Shown here: positions 44,526 through 54,934 of the stretch, piece after piece | How the letters are laid out: every line of letters starts with the position of its first letter | Position numbering within the stretch: the stretch's first letter is position 1 | NCBI GenBank assembly: GCA_964483085.1 | Contig: CAYZZX010000002.1 | Span: 898 to 64,897 of the forward strand | Length of the DNA: 64,000 nucleotides | Origin: an uncultured Synergistaceae bacterium | Lineage (GTDB): Bacteria; Synergistota; Synergistia; Synergistales; Aminobacteriaceae | Direction of reading: 5' to 3' | The notes under the pieces: generated by a model | Databases searched by the model: none | What the model was told of the DNA's origin: nothing | The model's input: only the letters and a program-made list of their open reading frames with translations | Made by a program: the position numbers and the translations under genes

Positions 44526-45935
44526 TTATCCTTTTCGTTTCCACTTCGTGCCCTGGGGGGTATCCTCAAGAAGAATCCCCCGGGCGGTGAGGCTGTCCCG
44601 GATTTCATCGGAACGGCTGAAATTCCGTTCCCGCCGGGCGGCTTCGCGTTCTTTCAGAAGGTTTTCAATCTCCTCTTCGTCTCCGTGAGCATCTTCCTCA
44701 TCGATTCCGATGATGCCGAGGATTGAATCCACAGTGCGCAGAAACTGTTCTGCCCTCTCGAGGGAGGACTCGTCGGGTTCAGCGGTCTCCTTCAGGAAGG
44801 TATTGATCCCCTTCACGCCTTCGAAGATGATCCCGAGGGCGGCGGCGGTATTGAAGTCGTCGTCCATGGCCTCCTGGAATCGGCTTTTCAGCCCGTCGAG
44901 AAGGGTGGTGAGTTCGGCTGCGCCCTCTTTGTTTCCGGGGTTTTTCTTTGCGTACTGAAGATTGGACCAGCAGTTTTCGAGACGCTCCACGGCGCTTTGA
45001 GCCTGGATGAGGCTCTCCTCGGTGAAGTTGATGGGGGAGCGGTAATGAGCGCTGAGCATGAAGAAGCGGATCGCCCGTGGAGGAAATTTCTCAAGGGCTG
45101 CCCGGGCGGTGAGAAAATTGCCCAGAGACTTCGACATCTTCTCTTTATCGATGAGGAGAAAGCCGTTGTGAATCCAGTATTTTGCGAAGGTCTTTCCCGT
45201 GGCGGCCTCGGCCTGGGCGATCTCATTCTCATGATGAGGAAAGGTGAGGTCCGTCCCTCCTGAATGGATATCGAGGGTTGAACCGAGATATTTCATTGAC
45301 ATGGCGCTGCATTCGATATGCCACCCCGGGCGGCCCTCCCCCCAGGGGCTCGGCCAGGAGGGTTCCCCCTCCTTTTTCGACTTCCAGAGGACGAAGTCGA
45401 GGGGGTGCCTCTTCTGTTCGTTCACATCGGTCCGCGCTGCGGACTGAAGATCCTCGAGGCTCTGTTTCGCGAGAACACCGTAGGCGGGGAAACTCGCCAC
45501 ATCGAAGAAGACGTCTCCGTTCACTTCGTAGGCATGGCCTTTCTCAATGAGGGTGGAGACGAGGTCGATGATCTCCGTCATATGCTCCGTGGCTTTCGGG
45601 GCATGGGTCGGCCTGCGCACTCCCAGAGCGTCGGCGTCGCGGTAGTATTCAGCGATGAAGCGGTCCGCCAGCTCTGAGACGGAAATTCCCTCCTCGTTGG
45701 CCCGGTTGATCATCTTGTCGTCGATATCCGTGAAGTTCTGGACAAAGGTAACTTCGTATCCGGAGTATTCAAAATACCGCCGAAGGGTGTCAAAGACGAT
45801 GAACGGGCGGGCGTTGCCGATGTGGAAAAAGTCATACACCGTGGGACCGCAGCTGTAAAAGCCCACGTGCCCCTCATGGACGGGCACAAAAGGTTCTTTG
45901 GTCCTTGTAAGATCATTGTAGAGCACCATACTCAT
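44526..45935 (-). CDS. cysS: Cysteine--tRNA ligase
   Basis: 469-aa ORF with the class I motifs HIGNARP (HIGH) and KMSKSLGN (KMSKS), plus GWHIECSAM. Confidence 0.97.
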   Translation of the reverse strand: MSMVLYNDLTRTKEPFVPVHEGHVGFYSCGPTVYDFFHIGNARPFIVFDTLRRYFEYSGYEVTFVQNFTDIDDKMINRANEEGISVSELADRFIAEYYRDADALGVRRPTHAPKATEHMTEIIDLVSTLIEKGHAYEVNGDVFFDVASFPAYGVLAKQSLEDLQSAARTDVNEQKRHPLDFVLWKSKKEGEPSWPSPWGEGRPGWHIECSAMSMKYLGSTLDIHSGGTDLTFPHHENEIAQAEAATGKTFAKYWIHNGFLLIDKEKMSKSLGNFLTARAALEKFPPRAIRFFMLSAHYRSPINFTEESLIQAQSAVERLENCWSNLQYAKKNPGNKEGAAELTTLLDGLKSRFQEAMDDDFNTAAALGIIFEGVKGINTFLKETAEPDESSLERAEQFLRTVDSILGIIGIDEEDAHGDEEEIENLLKEREAARRERNFSRSDEIRDSLTARGILLEDTPQGTKWKRKG

Positions 45936-45988
45936 GGTGGCACCTCCGATTCTTTGTTATTCCAGATTATAGCGTAAAATAGTATGAT

Positions 45989-47512
45989 ATGGACCATAAA
46001 TTGATATTTCAGGAGGAAAAAGTGACTCAAGAAGCCGTAAAGAAGCTGCTCAAAAACCTTCCCGATCGTCCCGGCATCTATCTGATGCGGGATGATACCG
46101 GTACGGTAATTTATATAGGGAAGGCGAAATCACTGAAAAAGAGGGTTTCCTCCTATTTTCGCCACAACTCCTTCGCCTCCTCCCGTCTGAGAAAGCTTGT
46201 GGATTCCATCGCGGATATTTCGGTGATCCGTACGGAGTCCGAGGTGGAAGCCCTCATTCTCGAGGCGAAGCTGATACGGAAATACCGCCCCTTCTTCAAT
46301 ATCGCTCTCAAGATGTCGGATAAATACCCCTATATCAAGATCACGGAGGGGCCTTTTCCGCGGATCGTGGTGACCCGGCAGAAGGGGAAGGATAACGCCC
46401 TGTACTTCGGTCCCTACGTGAATGTCGGAGACGTTCGATCCCTTCTCCGGCTGATTGAGCGCTACTTTCCCCTGCGCATCTGCACCCGGGATATTGACCC
46501 CGAAGCCGCGGCGAAAAAGAACGTCCGTCCGTGCCTTCATTATTCCCTCGGGCGGTGCCTTGGACCCTGCGGCGGGCTTGTAACCCCTTCAGTTTATCAG
46601 GAAAGGGTGGATGATGTCATCCTTCTGCTGCAGGGGCAGTCGTCGGAGGTGGTGGAGCGCCTTCGACGACGGATGGACAAAGCGGCGCGGAACCTCGCCT
46701 TCGAGGAGGCGGGGCGGGTTCGAGACACCATCAGGGCGATATGGCGGATCACCCGTCAGCGGATCACCTCTCCTCTTCGGGAGGATTTCGACGGCGACAT
46801 GTGGCAGTGCCTGAACCGCCTTCAGCAGCTTCTCGGCATGTCAGTCCTCCCCTGGCGGATCGACGGTTTCGATATCTCTCACATGTCGGGGAAGGAGACC
46901 TACGGCGTAGTGGTGGTCTTTGAACAGGGAGTGCCGAACCGCTCCCTCTACCGGCGCTTCAAGATCAGGACTGTGGAGGGTGTGGACGACTTCCGCTCCA
47001 TTCAGGAGACGGTCTCCCGCCGGTACGGACAGACGCTGAAGGGGAACGAGCCTACGCCCCAGCTGGTGCTGATTGACGGCGGCCCGATTCAGCTTGAATT
47101 TGCGAAAAAGGCCCTTGAAGATCTCGGCCTGGCCGAACTCACCGTGGTCTCACTGGCGAAAGAGGAGGAACTGATATACCATAGCAGTGGAACGGAACCT
47201 CTGCGGCTCGATTTTTCAGATTCCGCCCTGCGCCTGCTTCAACGGGTGAGGGATGAATCTCACCGGTTTGCGGTGGAAAGCCACAGATCCTCCCGATCCT
47301 CCCGCCTTCGACGCTCACTGCTTGAAGATATCCCCGGCATCGGAAAGCACAGGACGGCCCAGCTTCTCGGCAGGTTCGGCAGCGCGCGGAATATCCTGAA
47401 CCTCTCGGCGGAGGAGCTTTCATCCGTTCCCGGAATCGGCCCGAAACTTGCCGGTCAGATACTTTCCTTTTTGAAGGAGAATGCTCATGGCCCTGCCAAA
47501 GAGAAAGATTGA
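45989..47512 (+). CDS. uvrC: Excinuclease ABC subunit C (compact, 507 aa)
   Basis: It has the GIY-YIG domain (PGIYLMRDDTGTVIYIGKAKSLKKRVSSYF) and the UVR domain (RMDKAARNLAFEEAGRVRDTIRAI). The endonuclease domain (RIDGFDISHMSG) and C-terminal HhH motifs (IPGIGKHRTAQLL, VPGIGPKLAGQI) are also present. Confidence 0.93.
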   Translation: MDHKLIFQEEKVTQEAVKKLLKNLPDRPGIYLMRDDTGTVIYIGKAKSLKKRVSSYFRHNSFASSRLRKLVDSIADISVIRTESEVEALILEAKLIRKYRPFFNIALKMSDKYPYIKITEGPFPRIVVTRQKGKDNALYFGPYVNVGDVRSLLRLIERYFPLRICTRDIDPEAAAKKNVRPCLHYSLGRCLGPCGGLVTPSVYQERVDDVILLLQGQSSEVVERLRRRMDKAARNLAFEEAGRVRDTIRAIWRITRQRITSPLREDFDGDMWQCLNRLQQLLGMSVLPWRIDGFDISHMSGKETYGVVVVFEQGVPNRSLYRRFKIRTVEGVDDFRSIQETVSRRYGQTLKGNEPTPQLVLIDGGPIQLEFAKKALEDLGLAELTVVSLAKEEELIYHSSGTEPLRLDFSDSALRLLQRVRDESHRFAVESHRSSRSSRLRRSLLEDIPGIGKHRTAQLLGRFGSARNILNLSAEELSSVPGIGPKLAGQILSFLKENAHGPAKEKD

Positions 47513-48587
47513 CGAATACTATATGCACGGCGCTCTCAGTTTGGCCCTGCGGGGAACGGGAAAAGTCTCTCCCAACCCTCTGGTAGGGTGCGTTGTGGTG
47601 AAGGATGGATCGGTTATCTCCCGAGGGTGGCACCGGAGTGTCGGCCTGCCCCATGCCGAGGCCATGGCCCTTGAGGGGGGAGAGAACTTTCAGGGGGCGA
47701 CACTCTATGTGAACCTCGAACCCTGCTCTCACAGGGGCAAGACCCCGCCCTGCGCCCCTCTCATCGCTGAAAGAGGAATCACCCGGGTAGTCGCAGGCAT
47801 GGTTGATCCGGACCCAAGAGTGCAGGGGAGGGGACTGAACCTCCTTCGCGAAAGCGGAGTCGACGTGGAGACCGGAGTGCTTGAACCGGAATGCCGGTGG
47901 CTCAATCGGGGCTTTCTCCGGAAGAATACCCTCGGAAGGCCCTGGGTGACCGTCAAAGGTGCGCTGAGCCTCGACGGAGGGATGGCCCTCGAAAGCGGAG
48001 AGAGTAAATGGATTACCGGTCCCTCCGCCCGGTCGATGGGGCACCTTCTCCGGGCAGAATCGGATGCCATCCTCATCGGCGCCGGTACTGCCGCCCGGGA
48101 CGACCCGGAGCTTACGGTCCGCTCCACCTGGGGCAGATCACCTCTGAGGGTGCTTCTTGACTCCCAATTTTCCCTGCCTGAGAGCGCAAAGATGTACGGA
48201 AGGGGAACTCTGGTGGTGACGGACGGATCGGAAGACGAAGAAAAAAGGGCCTCTGCCCGAAGGGCCGGAATGGAATTGCTAGCCGCCCCGGGTGAAAGGG
48301 GAGGCCTTTCTCTGTCCGTTCTCCTCTCCGCTCTGGCAGACCGGGGGATATCGACCCTTCTCGTTGAAGGGGGCCCGAAGGTCATCGCCTCATTCTTTCG
48401 GGAGAAGCTTGTGGACTCGGTCTCTCTCTTCGTCTCTCCCCGGATCATGGGGGGAAATCTTCCCTTTTCAGGGGATCTTTCCTTCTCCGCCATGGAGGAG
48501 ACCATCATGCTGAAAAACACCTCCGTAAAAGAAATCGGAAGAGATTTTCTTATAGAAGGAGTACCGGCGTGTTCACCGGCCTTGTAG
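47481..48587 (+). CDS. ribD: Bifunctional riboflavin biosynthesis deaminase/reductase
   Basis: 368-aa ORF with the deaminase motifs HAEAMAL and PCSHRGKTPPC. The reductase domain carries GESKWITG and LLVEGGPKV. It overlaps the uvrC 3' end by 32 nt; ATG 47487 is an alternative start. Confidence 0.92.
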   Translation: MLMALPKRKIDEYYMHGALSLALRGTGKVSPNPLVGCVVVKDGSVISRGWHRSVGLPHAEAMALEGGENFQGATLYVNLEPCSHRGKTPPCAPLIAERGITRVVAGMVDPDPRVQGRGLNLLRESGVDVETGVLEPECRWLNRGFLRKNTLGRPWVTVKGALSLDGGMALESGESKWITGPSARSMGHLLRAESDAILIGAGTAARDDPELTVRSTWGRSPLRVLLDSQFSLPESAKMYGRGTLVVTDGSEDEEKRASARRAGMELLAAPGERGGLSLSVLLSALADRGISTLLVEGGPKVIASFFREKLVDSVSLFVSPRIMGGNLPFSGDLSFSAMEETIMLKNTSVKEIGRDFLIEGVPACSPAL

Positions 48588-49177
48588 AGTCCGTCGGCTC
48601 GGTGGTCCTCTTCCGCCGCAGGGGAGAGTATTATGAGCTTTCAATCCGTTCTGAGGATATCGGTGGCGCCCTTCTTCCCGGCCAATCCGTGGCCGTCTCC
48701 GGAGCCTGCCTTACCGTCTCCTCCCGGAAGGGAATTCTTTTTTCTGCGGATATTCTTCCCGAGACGGTGAAGAAGACAAAATTCTCGACCCTTCGGCCCG
48801 GAGCACGGGTCAATCTCGAGAGAGCTCTTTCAGCTCAGGGGCGTTTCGACGGCCATATGGTGACGGGGCATATCGACGGCACGGCCCGGGTAGAGGGGAT
48901 CTCCCGCGGAACGGAGGGGCATATACTGACCCTTCACATTCCCGATGATCTCGGAGCCCTCGTGGTTCCCAGAGGGTCCATCTCTGTGGACGGGGTCAGC
49001 CTGACCGTGGCGGAATTTGACTCCGGCCTGTGCAGAATCAGCATCATTCCCACAACGCTGAAGGCCACTACCCTCGGCGAGCTGCAGACCGGGGACAGAG
49101 TCAATATAGAAACGGATATTCTCGGCAAATATGTATTTCGTTATTTTGAAGGAAAGACCGGAGAAACCCTGCCGTAA
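48569..49177 (+). CDS. ribE: Riboflavin synthase
   Basis: 202-aa ORF with a GTG start. It contains [12 protein letters not shown] and the duplicated lumazine-binding repeats ([13 protein letters not shown] and [13 protein letters not shown]). Confidence 0.92.
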   Translation: MFTGLVESVGSVVLFRRRGEYYELSIRSEDIGGALLPGQSVAVSGACLTVSSRKGILFSADILPETVKKTKFSTLRPGARVNLERALSAQGRFDGHMVTGHIDGTARVEGISRGTEGHILTLHIPDDLGALVVPRGSISVDGVSLTVAEFDSGLCRISIIPTTLKATTLGELQTGDRVNIETDILGKYVFRYFEGKTGETLP

Positions 49178-49254
49178 AAGGCATCGCAGGCGACGGCAGA
49201 GTTGCAGGCCCCCGGTTTTCGGGGAAGAACTCCGGAAGGACAGGAGGACATCTT

Positions 49255-50553
49255 ATGACAGGATATTCAGAGGATAAAAATCGCGGAGCCTCCGTATTCA
49301 GCAGCATTGAGGACGCAGTGGAGGACATCCGCCGCGGAAAGATGATCATCGTTGTGGACGACGACAGCCGGGAGAACGAGGGAGATCTCGTCGCGGCGGC
49401 CTCTCTCGTGACGACGGAAGACATCAACTTCATGGTCTGTTCGGCCCGGGGGCTTGTGTGCGTTCCCCTCGCCCATGAGATCGTGTGCCGCCTCGGCCTC
49501 GACCCCATGACCCGGGAGAGCACGGACAAGCACGGAACAGCCTTTCTCGTCACTGTGGATGTCAAGGAAGGGACCACCACGGGCATATCCGCCGAAGAGA
49601 GGGCACTGACCGCCCGTCGCCTTGCCGACCCGGCTTCCCGGGGAGAGGATTTCTATCGCCCCGGCCATATGTTCCCCCTGGCGGCACGGCAGGGAGGCGT
49701 TCTGAAGAGAGCGGGGCATACCGAGGCAACAGTGGATCTCTTGAATATCGCCGGGCTTCCTCCGGCCGGAGTCATCTGCGAGATAATGAACGAGGATGGT
49801 TCTATGGCCCGCCTGCCGGAGCTCATCCTCTTCGCCGAAAAGCACGGCCTCCGTATCGTCTCCATAGAGGATCTCATCGCCTACCGAAACAAACGGGAGA
49901 AGCTCGTGGAAAAAATCGCCACGGTGAACCTTCCCACCTGCCACGGCGACTTCACGGCCTATGCATACCGCAGCCTTATCGACGATAATGTGGACCACGT
50001 TCATATGGCCCTCGTGAAGGGGGATGTGCGGGGCAAGAAGAGCGTCCTCGTAAGGGTGCACTCGGAATGCCTTACAGGCGACGTCTTCGGCTCTCTTCGC
50101 TGTGACTGCGGAAACCAGCTCGTCCAGGCCATGGAAGCGGTCGAACGGGAAGGAGAGGGCGTCGTCCTCTATATGCGCCAGGAGGGCCGGGGAATCGGCA
50201 TCAGCGAGAAGCTCAAGGCCTACACGCTTCAGGAAGAGGGGCTCGATACGGTAGAGGCCAACGAAGCGCTGGGTTTCGCGGCTGACCTCCGGGACTACGG
50301 AATCGGCGCTCAGATTCTTCTCGACCTCGGCGTTGAGAATATCCGGCTCATCACTAACAATCCGAAGAAGGTTGTGGGCCTTCAGGGGTACGGCCTTGAA
50401 ATCGTAGAGCGTGTTCCCCTGATCATTCCGCCCAACAAATTCAACGAACGCTATCTTGATACAAAAGAAACGAAAATGGGGCATTTCCTCCATGCAGATA
50501 CTCCATCCCGGGGATGCCTCCGAAAAAGGGGAGAAGAAAATGAAAATGATTGA
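49255..50553 (+). CDS. ribBA: Bifunctional 3,4-dihydroxy-2-butanone-4-phosphate synthase / GTP cyclohydrolase II
   Basis: 432-aa ORF. The RibB part has [13 protein letters not shown] and GHTEATVDL. The RibA part has [21 protein letters not shown] and [10 protein letters not shown]. Confidence 0.93.
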   Translation: MTGYSEDKNRGASVFSSIEDAVEDIRRGKMIIVVDDDSRENEGDLVAAASLVTTEDINFMVCSARGLVCVPLAHEIVCRLGLDPMTRESTDKHGTAFLVTVDVKEGTTTGISAEERALTARRLADPASRGEDFYRPGHMFPLAARQGGVLKRAGHTEATVDLLNIAGLPPAGVICEIMNEDGSMARLPELILFAEKHGLRIVSIEDLIAYRNKREKLVEKIATVNLPTCHGDFTAYAYRSLIDDNVDHVHMALVKGDVRGKKSVLVRVHSECLTGDVFGSLRCDCGNQLVQAMEAVEREGEGVVLYMRQEGRGIGISEKLKAYTLQEEGLDTVEANEALGFAADLRDYGIGAQILLDLGVENIRLITNNPKKVVGLQGYGLEIVERVPLIIPPNKFNERYLDTKETKMGHFLHADTPSRGCLRKRGEENEND

Positions 50554-51031
50554 GGGAAAACTGATTGGCAAGGGGCTTCGCTTCTGCATCATCGTCTCTC
50601 GGTTCAATAGCTTCTTCAGCGAGCGACTTCTTGAAGGAGCGAAGGATACGCTTCTCCGCCACGGAGTGAGCCATCAGTCCGTGGACGTCGTGCGGGTCCC
50701 CGGTGCGTGGGAGCTCCCCCTCGTCGCGAAGGAGGCCGCTCTGAGCGGGAAGTACGACGGAGTCATCGCCCTCGGCGTGGTCATCCGGGGAGATACCCCC
50801 CACTTCGAATACGTCTGCGCGGAGATGTCGAAGGGACTCGCCTCCGTGGCCCTGAACCAGCGCCTTCCCGTCGCTTTAGGTGTGCTCACCTGCGATACAA
50901 TTGATCAGGCAGAGACGCGGTCGGGGAGTAAGGGTGGAAACAAGGGTGCCGAGGCGGCCCTCAGCGCCATTGAGATGGCCAATGTGATGAGTCTGATACG
51001 AACTGACAAGGAGGCGTCTGAAAATGCTTGA
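50540..51031 (+). CDS. ribH: 6,7-dimethyl-8-ribityllumazine synthase
   Basis: ATG 50540 follows aaaaggggag; the track start at 50456 lies inside ribBA. It contains [44 protein letters not shown] and NKGAEAA. Confidence 0.93.
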   Translation: MKMIEGKLIGKGLRFCIIVSRFNSFFSERLLEGAKDTLLRHGVSHQSVDVVRVPGAWELPLVAKEAALSGKYDGVIALGVVIRGDTPHFEYVCAEMSKGLASVALNQRLPVALGVLTCDTIDQAETRSGSKGGNKGAEAALSAIEMANVMSLIRTDKEASENA

Positions 51032-52295
51032 TCTGCGATGGGTACGAAACAACGAGGACGAGGTAAGGGCATACCTCGCCTCGAGAAACAATGATTTCGA
51101 TATTGGCCCCATGCTGGCCCTTGACGAGGAAAAGAGAAAGCTTCTCAGCGAGACGGAAGAGCTCAAGGCGCAGCGGAACGAGGGGTCGAAAAAGGTCGGC
51201 TCGGCCAAGGCACGGGGTGAAGACGCTTCGATTATCATGGAGGAGATGCGCACCCTCGGCGAACAGGTCAAGTCCATCGACGGCAGGATAAACGAAATCG
51301 ACGTCCTGCTGAACGAGATGCTTCTCTCCGTTCCGAACCGCCCCCACTCCTCCGTGCCCGTGGGAAAGGACGAAAACGACAACGTGGAGATCCGGAAATG
51401 GGGGACACCGAAAGAATTTTCCTTCGAGCCGAAGGCCCATTGGGATATCGGAGAAGACCTCGGGATACTCGACTTTGAAAAGGGCGCGGCCCTTGCTCAG
51501 AGCCGCTTCACCGTCCTTCGAGGGCAGGGTGCCCGGCTCGAACGGGCGCTGATCAATTTCATGCTCGACCTCCACACGGAACAGCACGGATATCTTGAGA
51601 TTCAGCCCCCCGTTCTCGTAAACAGTAAGACTATGACCGGCACAGGCCAGCTTCCAAAGTTCGCCGACGATCTCTACAAGTGCGAGAATGACGATCTCTG
51701 GCTGATTCCCACCGCCGAAGTTCCTCTGACCAATCTTCACGCCGACGAAATTCTGGAGGAGGAGCAGCTTCCCCTCTACTATGTCGGCTACACCCCGTGC
51801 TTCCGCCGGGAGGCCGGAGCCTACGGACGGGACGTCCGGGGAATGCTCAGGCAGCATCAGTTTGATAAGGTGGAGCTGGTCAAGCTCGCCCCGCCGGAGA
51901 GCAGCTACGATGAACTTGAAAAACTGACGGACAATGCCGAGGAGGTCCTCCGGATCCTTGAGATTCCCCATCGGACCATCTGCCTCAGCACCGGCGACAT
52001 GGGGTTCGGCTCGAGCAAAACCTATGATATCGAGGTCTGGCTTCCCTCCCAGTACAAGTACCGGGAGATCAGCTCCTGCAGCAACTGCGAGGACTTCCAG
52101 TCCCGGAGGATGAACACCCGTTACCGGCCGAAAGAGGGAGGCAAACCCGTCTATGTCCATACACTGAACGGCTCGGGAATCGCCATCGGCAGAACCCTCA
52201 TCGCCGTGTTGGAAAATTATCAGCGGGAGGACGGCTCCGTGGAGATTCCAACCGCCCTTATCCCCTACATGGGCGGGAAAAAAGAAATACGCTGA
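51024..52295 (+). CDS. serS: Serine--tRNA ligase
   Basis: 423-aa ORF with an N-terminal coiled coil ([10 protein letters not shown]). Class II motifs are present: [25 protein letters not shown] and [21 protein letters not shown]. It overlaps the ribH 3' end by 8 nt. Confidence 0.97.
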   Translation: MLDLRWVRNNEDEVRAYLASRNNDFDIGPMLALDEEKRKLLSETEELKAQRNEGSKKVGSAKARGEDASIIMEEMRTLGEQVKSIDGRINEIDVLLNEMLLSVPNRPHSSVPVGKDENDNVEIRKWGTPKEFSFEPKAHWDIGEDLGILDFEKGAALAQSRFTVLRGQGARLERALINFMLDLHTEQHGYLEIQPPVLVNSKTMTGTGQLPKFADDLYKCENDDLWLIPTAEVPLTNLHADEILEEEQLPLYYVGYTPCFRREAGAYGRDVRGMLRQHQFDKVELVKLAPPESSYDELEKLTDNAEEVLRILEIPHRTICLSTGDMGFGSSKTYDIEVWLPSQYKYREISSCSNCEDFQSRRMNTRYRPKEGGKPVYVHTLNGSGIAIGRTLIAVLENYQREDGSVEIPTALIPYMGGKKEIR

Positions 52296-52324
52296 ATCGA
52301 GCGGATTTCAGAGTGGATAAAAAG

Positions 52325-52362
52325 GGCTCCACCTGATAAAATCGGGAGTGGAGCCTTTTTTT
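52325..52362 (+). terminator. Rho-independent terminator after serS
   Basis: Stem ggctccac (52325-52332) pairs with gtggagcc (52348-52355), followed by a T7 run (52356-52362). Confidence 0.8.
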
Positions 52363-52387
52363 ATCCTGATGGAGGCTGAGTTTTTTT

Positions 52388-54124
52388 ATGGAGACCTACA
52401 TGACTGACGTTCTTATTTTTATTTTGCCTGTGGTGGCCTGCTGTTTTGTCCTTCAGAGGATATGCAGAAAGTCCATGGATACAGTTCAGTACAACTATTT
52501 CCGGGATCTGCTTCTCGTCGGGGCCTGGGCGCTCTGTGCCCTGTGGGCCGGAACTCCCGTCTCCCGCTTCATCGTGGGCATGGCAATCCTCGCCTCAATC
52601 CTCGGAATGGGGCAGCGGCTCTATCCATCATCTCTGTGGAAGGCCTCCTACATTCTGCTTGGCCTGGTCTTTGCCCTCTTCGGCCCGAGAATAGCCTTTC
52701 TCGGTCTGCCCGGCGGAGAGTATCACTACTTTCAGCCCGGAATTTCCATTCTCCTCACAGCCCTGTGGATTGCCGTCTTTCCTCTGCTCCTCCAGGAGCT
52801 GGACAACATCCCCGGAATGTCGGGCCATCTTCTCGCCATCAGCTTCTCCCTTATGCTCATCACGACGCTCTTCTCGGGACAGCCCCTTCCGGAAGCCTTT
52901 TTCCTCTCCTTCAGCGGTCTTTCCCTCCTCGGAGTGTTCTGGAGCCGCCACGGGCACATGTACCGGAGAATGGGCGACTCTCTCGCCGCTCTGTGGGGTA
53001 CCCTCGTCGCAGGAACGTCCGTCCTCGGAGTGAGTAAGGGGATCACCTTCAGCACCCTCCTTCTTCTTCCTCTGGGCCTCTTCGCCATCCCCATCATGGA
53101 GACGTCCCTTCATTTTGTGAGCCGGGTCTTTTCCTCCCGGTCGGCTCCGGCGGCGGTTCTCTACCGAAAACTCATCAGCCGGGGACTTGACCATCCCAGC
53201 GCGGTCCGCTTCATCTCCTCCCTCTGCGCTCTCGGAGGAGCCCTCGTCGCCATCAGCCGCCTCGGGAACTCCCTTTTCATGATGCTGTGGGTCAGCGTCA
53301 CCGTCCTCTTCACCGGAATCGCCCTCCTTCCCTTCCTCCGGAAGATGGGAGAGAACGAAGAACTTTCCGGCAAGCCAACCCTCTGGCGCACGGCCATCGA
53401 CAATGTCTCCATGAACTACGCCCTCTCGAAGAGCAGAGGAGCCGTCACCTCACCAAAGGGCCTTTCCCTTATTGCGACAGTCAATGCCCTCGCCGTCCTC
53501 GAGGCGGAGCGCAATCCCCGCTATTCGGAGGCATTATCGACTTCATTCCTCACTCTGGCCGATGGCACGGGTCTCGTCTGGGCGCTGAAGTTTCTCGGCA
53601 GGCCCGTCCAGGAGCGGGTGGCGGGGATCGACTTCATGACAGGCCTGGCCAGGATGGCCGCCGCAGAACAATGGCCCGTCTATCTTCTCGGAGCAAAGGA
53701 AGAAGTCGTCACAAAGGCGGCAGAAAAACTTCAGGAACTCTTTCCCGAAATAATTATCGCCGGTTGCCGGAACGGGTATTTTGACCCCGATGACCCGGAG
53801 ATATCCCGGGAAATCAGAGAGAGCGGCGCGAAGGTCCTCTTCGCGGCCCTCGGAGTGCCGAAGCAGGAGGTCTGGCTGCACGACCACCGGAACGACGTTG
53901 GAGATATCCTGGCCGTCGGCGTCGGAGGCTCCTTTGATGTCATCTCAGGAAGCCTGAAGAGAGCCCCCCTTATGTGGCAGAAGCTGGGCCTTGAATGGCT
54001 CTATCGGCTCTTTCAGGAACCGTGGCGCTGGAAGAGGGATCTGGAGCTTTTCCGCTTCGCCGGCAAGGTGTTTCTGACAAGATTCGGACGGACCTCTTCA
54101 GAAAAAAAGGAGACCCTTCGATGA
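52388..54124 (+). CDS. Fusion protein: polytopic membrane domain (degenerate WecA/MraY-like) + WecB/TagA/CpsF (GT26) glycosyltransferase
   Basis: 578-aa ORF. Roughly aa 1-330 form many TM helices with remnants of GT4 motifs (WIAVFPLLLQELDNIPGMSGHL, MGDSLAALWG, IPIMETSLHFVSRVFSSRS). The C-terminal ~230 aa are a clear GT26 domain (LADGTGLVWALKFLG..., LLGAKEEV, FAALGVPKQEVW, AVGVGGSFDVISG, GLEWLYRL). Confidence 0.85.
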   Translation: METYMTDVLIFILPVVACCFVLQRICRKSMDTVQYNYFRDLLLVGAWALCALWAGTPVSRFIVGMAILASILGMGQRLYPSSLWKASYILLGLVFALFGPRIAFLGLPGGEYHYFQPGISILLTALWIAVFPLLLQELDNIPGMSGHLLAISFSLMLITTLFSGQPLPEAFFLSFSGLSLLGVFWSRHGHMYRRMGDSLAALWGTLVAGTSVLGVSKGITFSTLLLLPLGLFAIPIMETSLHFVSRVFSSRSAPAAVLYRKLISRGLDHPSAVRFISSLCALGGALVAISRLGNSLFMMLWVSVTVLFTGIALLPFLRKMGENEELSGKPTLWRTAIDNVSMNYALSKSRGAVTSPKGLSLIATVNALAVLEAERNPRYSEALSTSFLTLADGTGLVWALKFLGRPVQERVAGIDFMTGLARMAAAEQWPVYLLGAKEEVVTKAAEKLQELFPEIIIAGCRNGYFDPDDPEISREIRESGAKVLFAALGVPKQEVWLHDHRNDVGDILAVGVGGSFDVISGSLKRAPLMWQKLGLEWLYRLFQEPWRWKRDLELFRFAGKVFLTRFGRTSSEKKETLR

Positions 54125-54588
54125 AGACCTCCGCAAGGGATCTCATGCACTTCGATCTCACAGCAGTCATGGAGGATGATCTGGTCCATGACGCCATACA
54201 TGTGCTCTACAGCCACAGCATCTCCGGTCTTCCGGTGCTCGACGGCGACTGGAACCTGGTGGGGTTTTTCTCCGAGACGGATATTTTGCGGGCTTCGGTG
54301 CCGACCTATCTTGAAGTCCTCGCAAAGTCGTCCTTTCTTGAAAATGGAGATGAAGACACCCTCTTGAGCCGTTTTCGATCCTTCGGCAACAGAAAGGTCG
54401 GGGAATTCATGAACAGGGAACCCATATCGGTAGAGCCCGACACAAGCCTCATGGTCGTCGCAGATCTGATGATTCGCAAAGGGGTGAAGCGCCTGCCCGT
54501 AGTTGAGTCGGGCAAGCTCGTAGGGGTCATCAGCCGCGAAGTGTTCTGCGAATTTATGATGGAAGAGGATGAACTGCCCGTTGAATGA
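54121..54588 (+). CDS. CBS-pair domain protein
   Basis: ATG 54121 overlaps the upstream stop (ATGA). The 155-aa product has two CBS motifs (ISGLPVLDGDWNLVGFFSETDIL and VKRLPVVESGKLVGVISREV). Confidence 0.85.
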   Translation: MKTSARDLMHFDLTAVMEDDLVHDAIHVLYSHSISGLPVLDGDWNLVGFFSETDILRASVPTYLEVLAKSSFLENGDEDTLLSRFRSFGNRKVGEFMNREPISVEPDTSLMVVADLMIRKGVKRLPVVESGKLVGVISREVFCEFMMEEDELPVE

Positions 54589-54934
54589 GAAGACTGATAA
54601 CCTCGGCGGAGCGGAAAACCTTGGCTGGATAGATGATGAACTTCGGGAGTTTCAGACCATTCTCGAGACCGAAATGGAGGAAAAGCTCCGGGAATCCGTC
54701 CTCGCAGGAGAACATACCCGGCAGCGCCTCTCTCTGATGGAAGAGGAGACATTCCGCCAGGTGGAGGGAGAATGGATGGAGAAAGAGAATATTCTTCTCC
54801 ACCGGGAGGGGGAAATCCGTAAAGAAACGGCCCTCTTCACGGAAAGCCTGAAGAGCTTCCTTGCGGACAATACAGACGTAGAGGAGCTTCTCGAAAAAAC
54901 GTGGACTGACCTGACCGGAGGAGTTCTTTCATGA
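54569..54934 (+). CDS. Probable V/A-type ATPase peripheral-stalk subunit (Thermus AtpG / Enterococcus NtpF position)
   Basis: 121-aa, highly charged and predicted helical ORF sitting directly upstream of subunit I with an ATGA overlap. Its size and position match the first gene of Thermus-type operons. Sequence similarity was not verifiable by eye. Confidence 0.5.
   Translation: MNCPLNEKTDNLGGAENLGWIDDELREFQTILETEMEEKLRESVLAGEHTRQRLSLMEEETFRQVEGEWMEKENILLHREGEIRKETALFTESLKSFLADNTDVEELLEKTWTDLTGGVLS

Noticed and set aside
49178-49254. A possible FMN riboswitch in the ribE-ribBA spacer, and a preQ1 riboswitch upstream of queT (around 44000-44043).
   Set aside because: The 77-nt spacer is too short and lacks conserved RFN features. 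queT overlaps pcm, so there is no leader at all.
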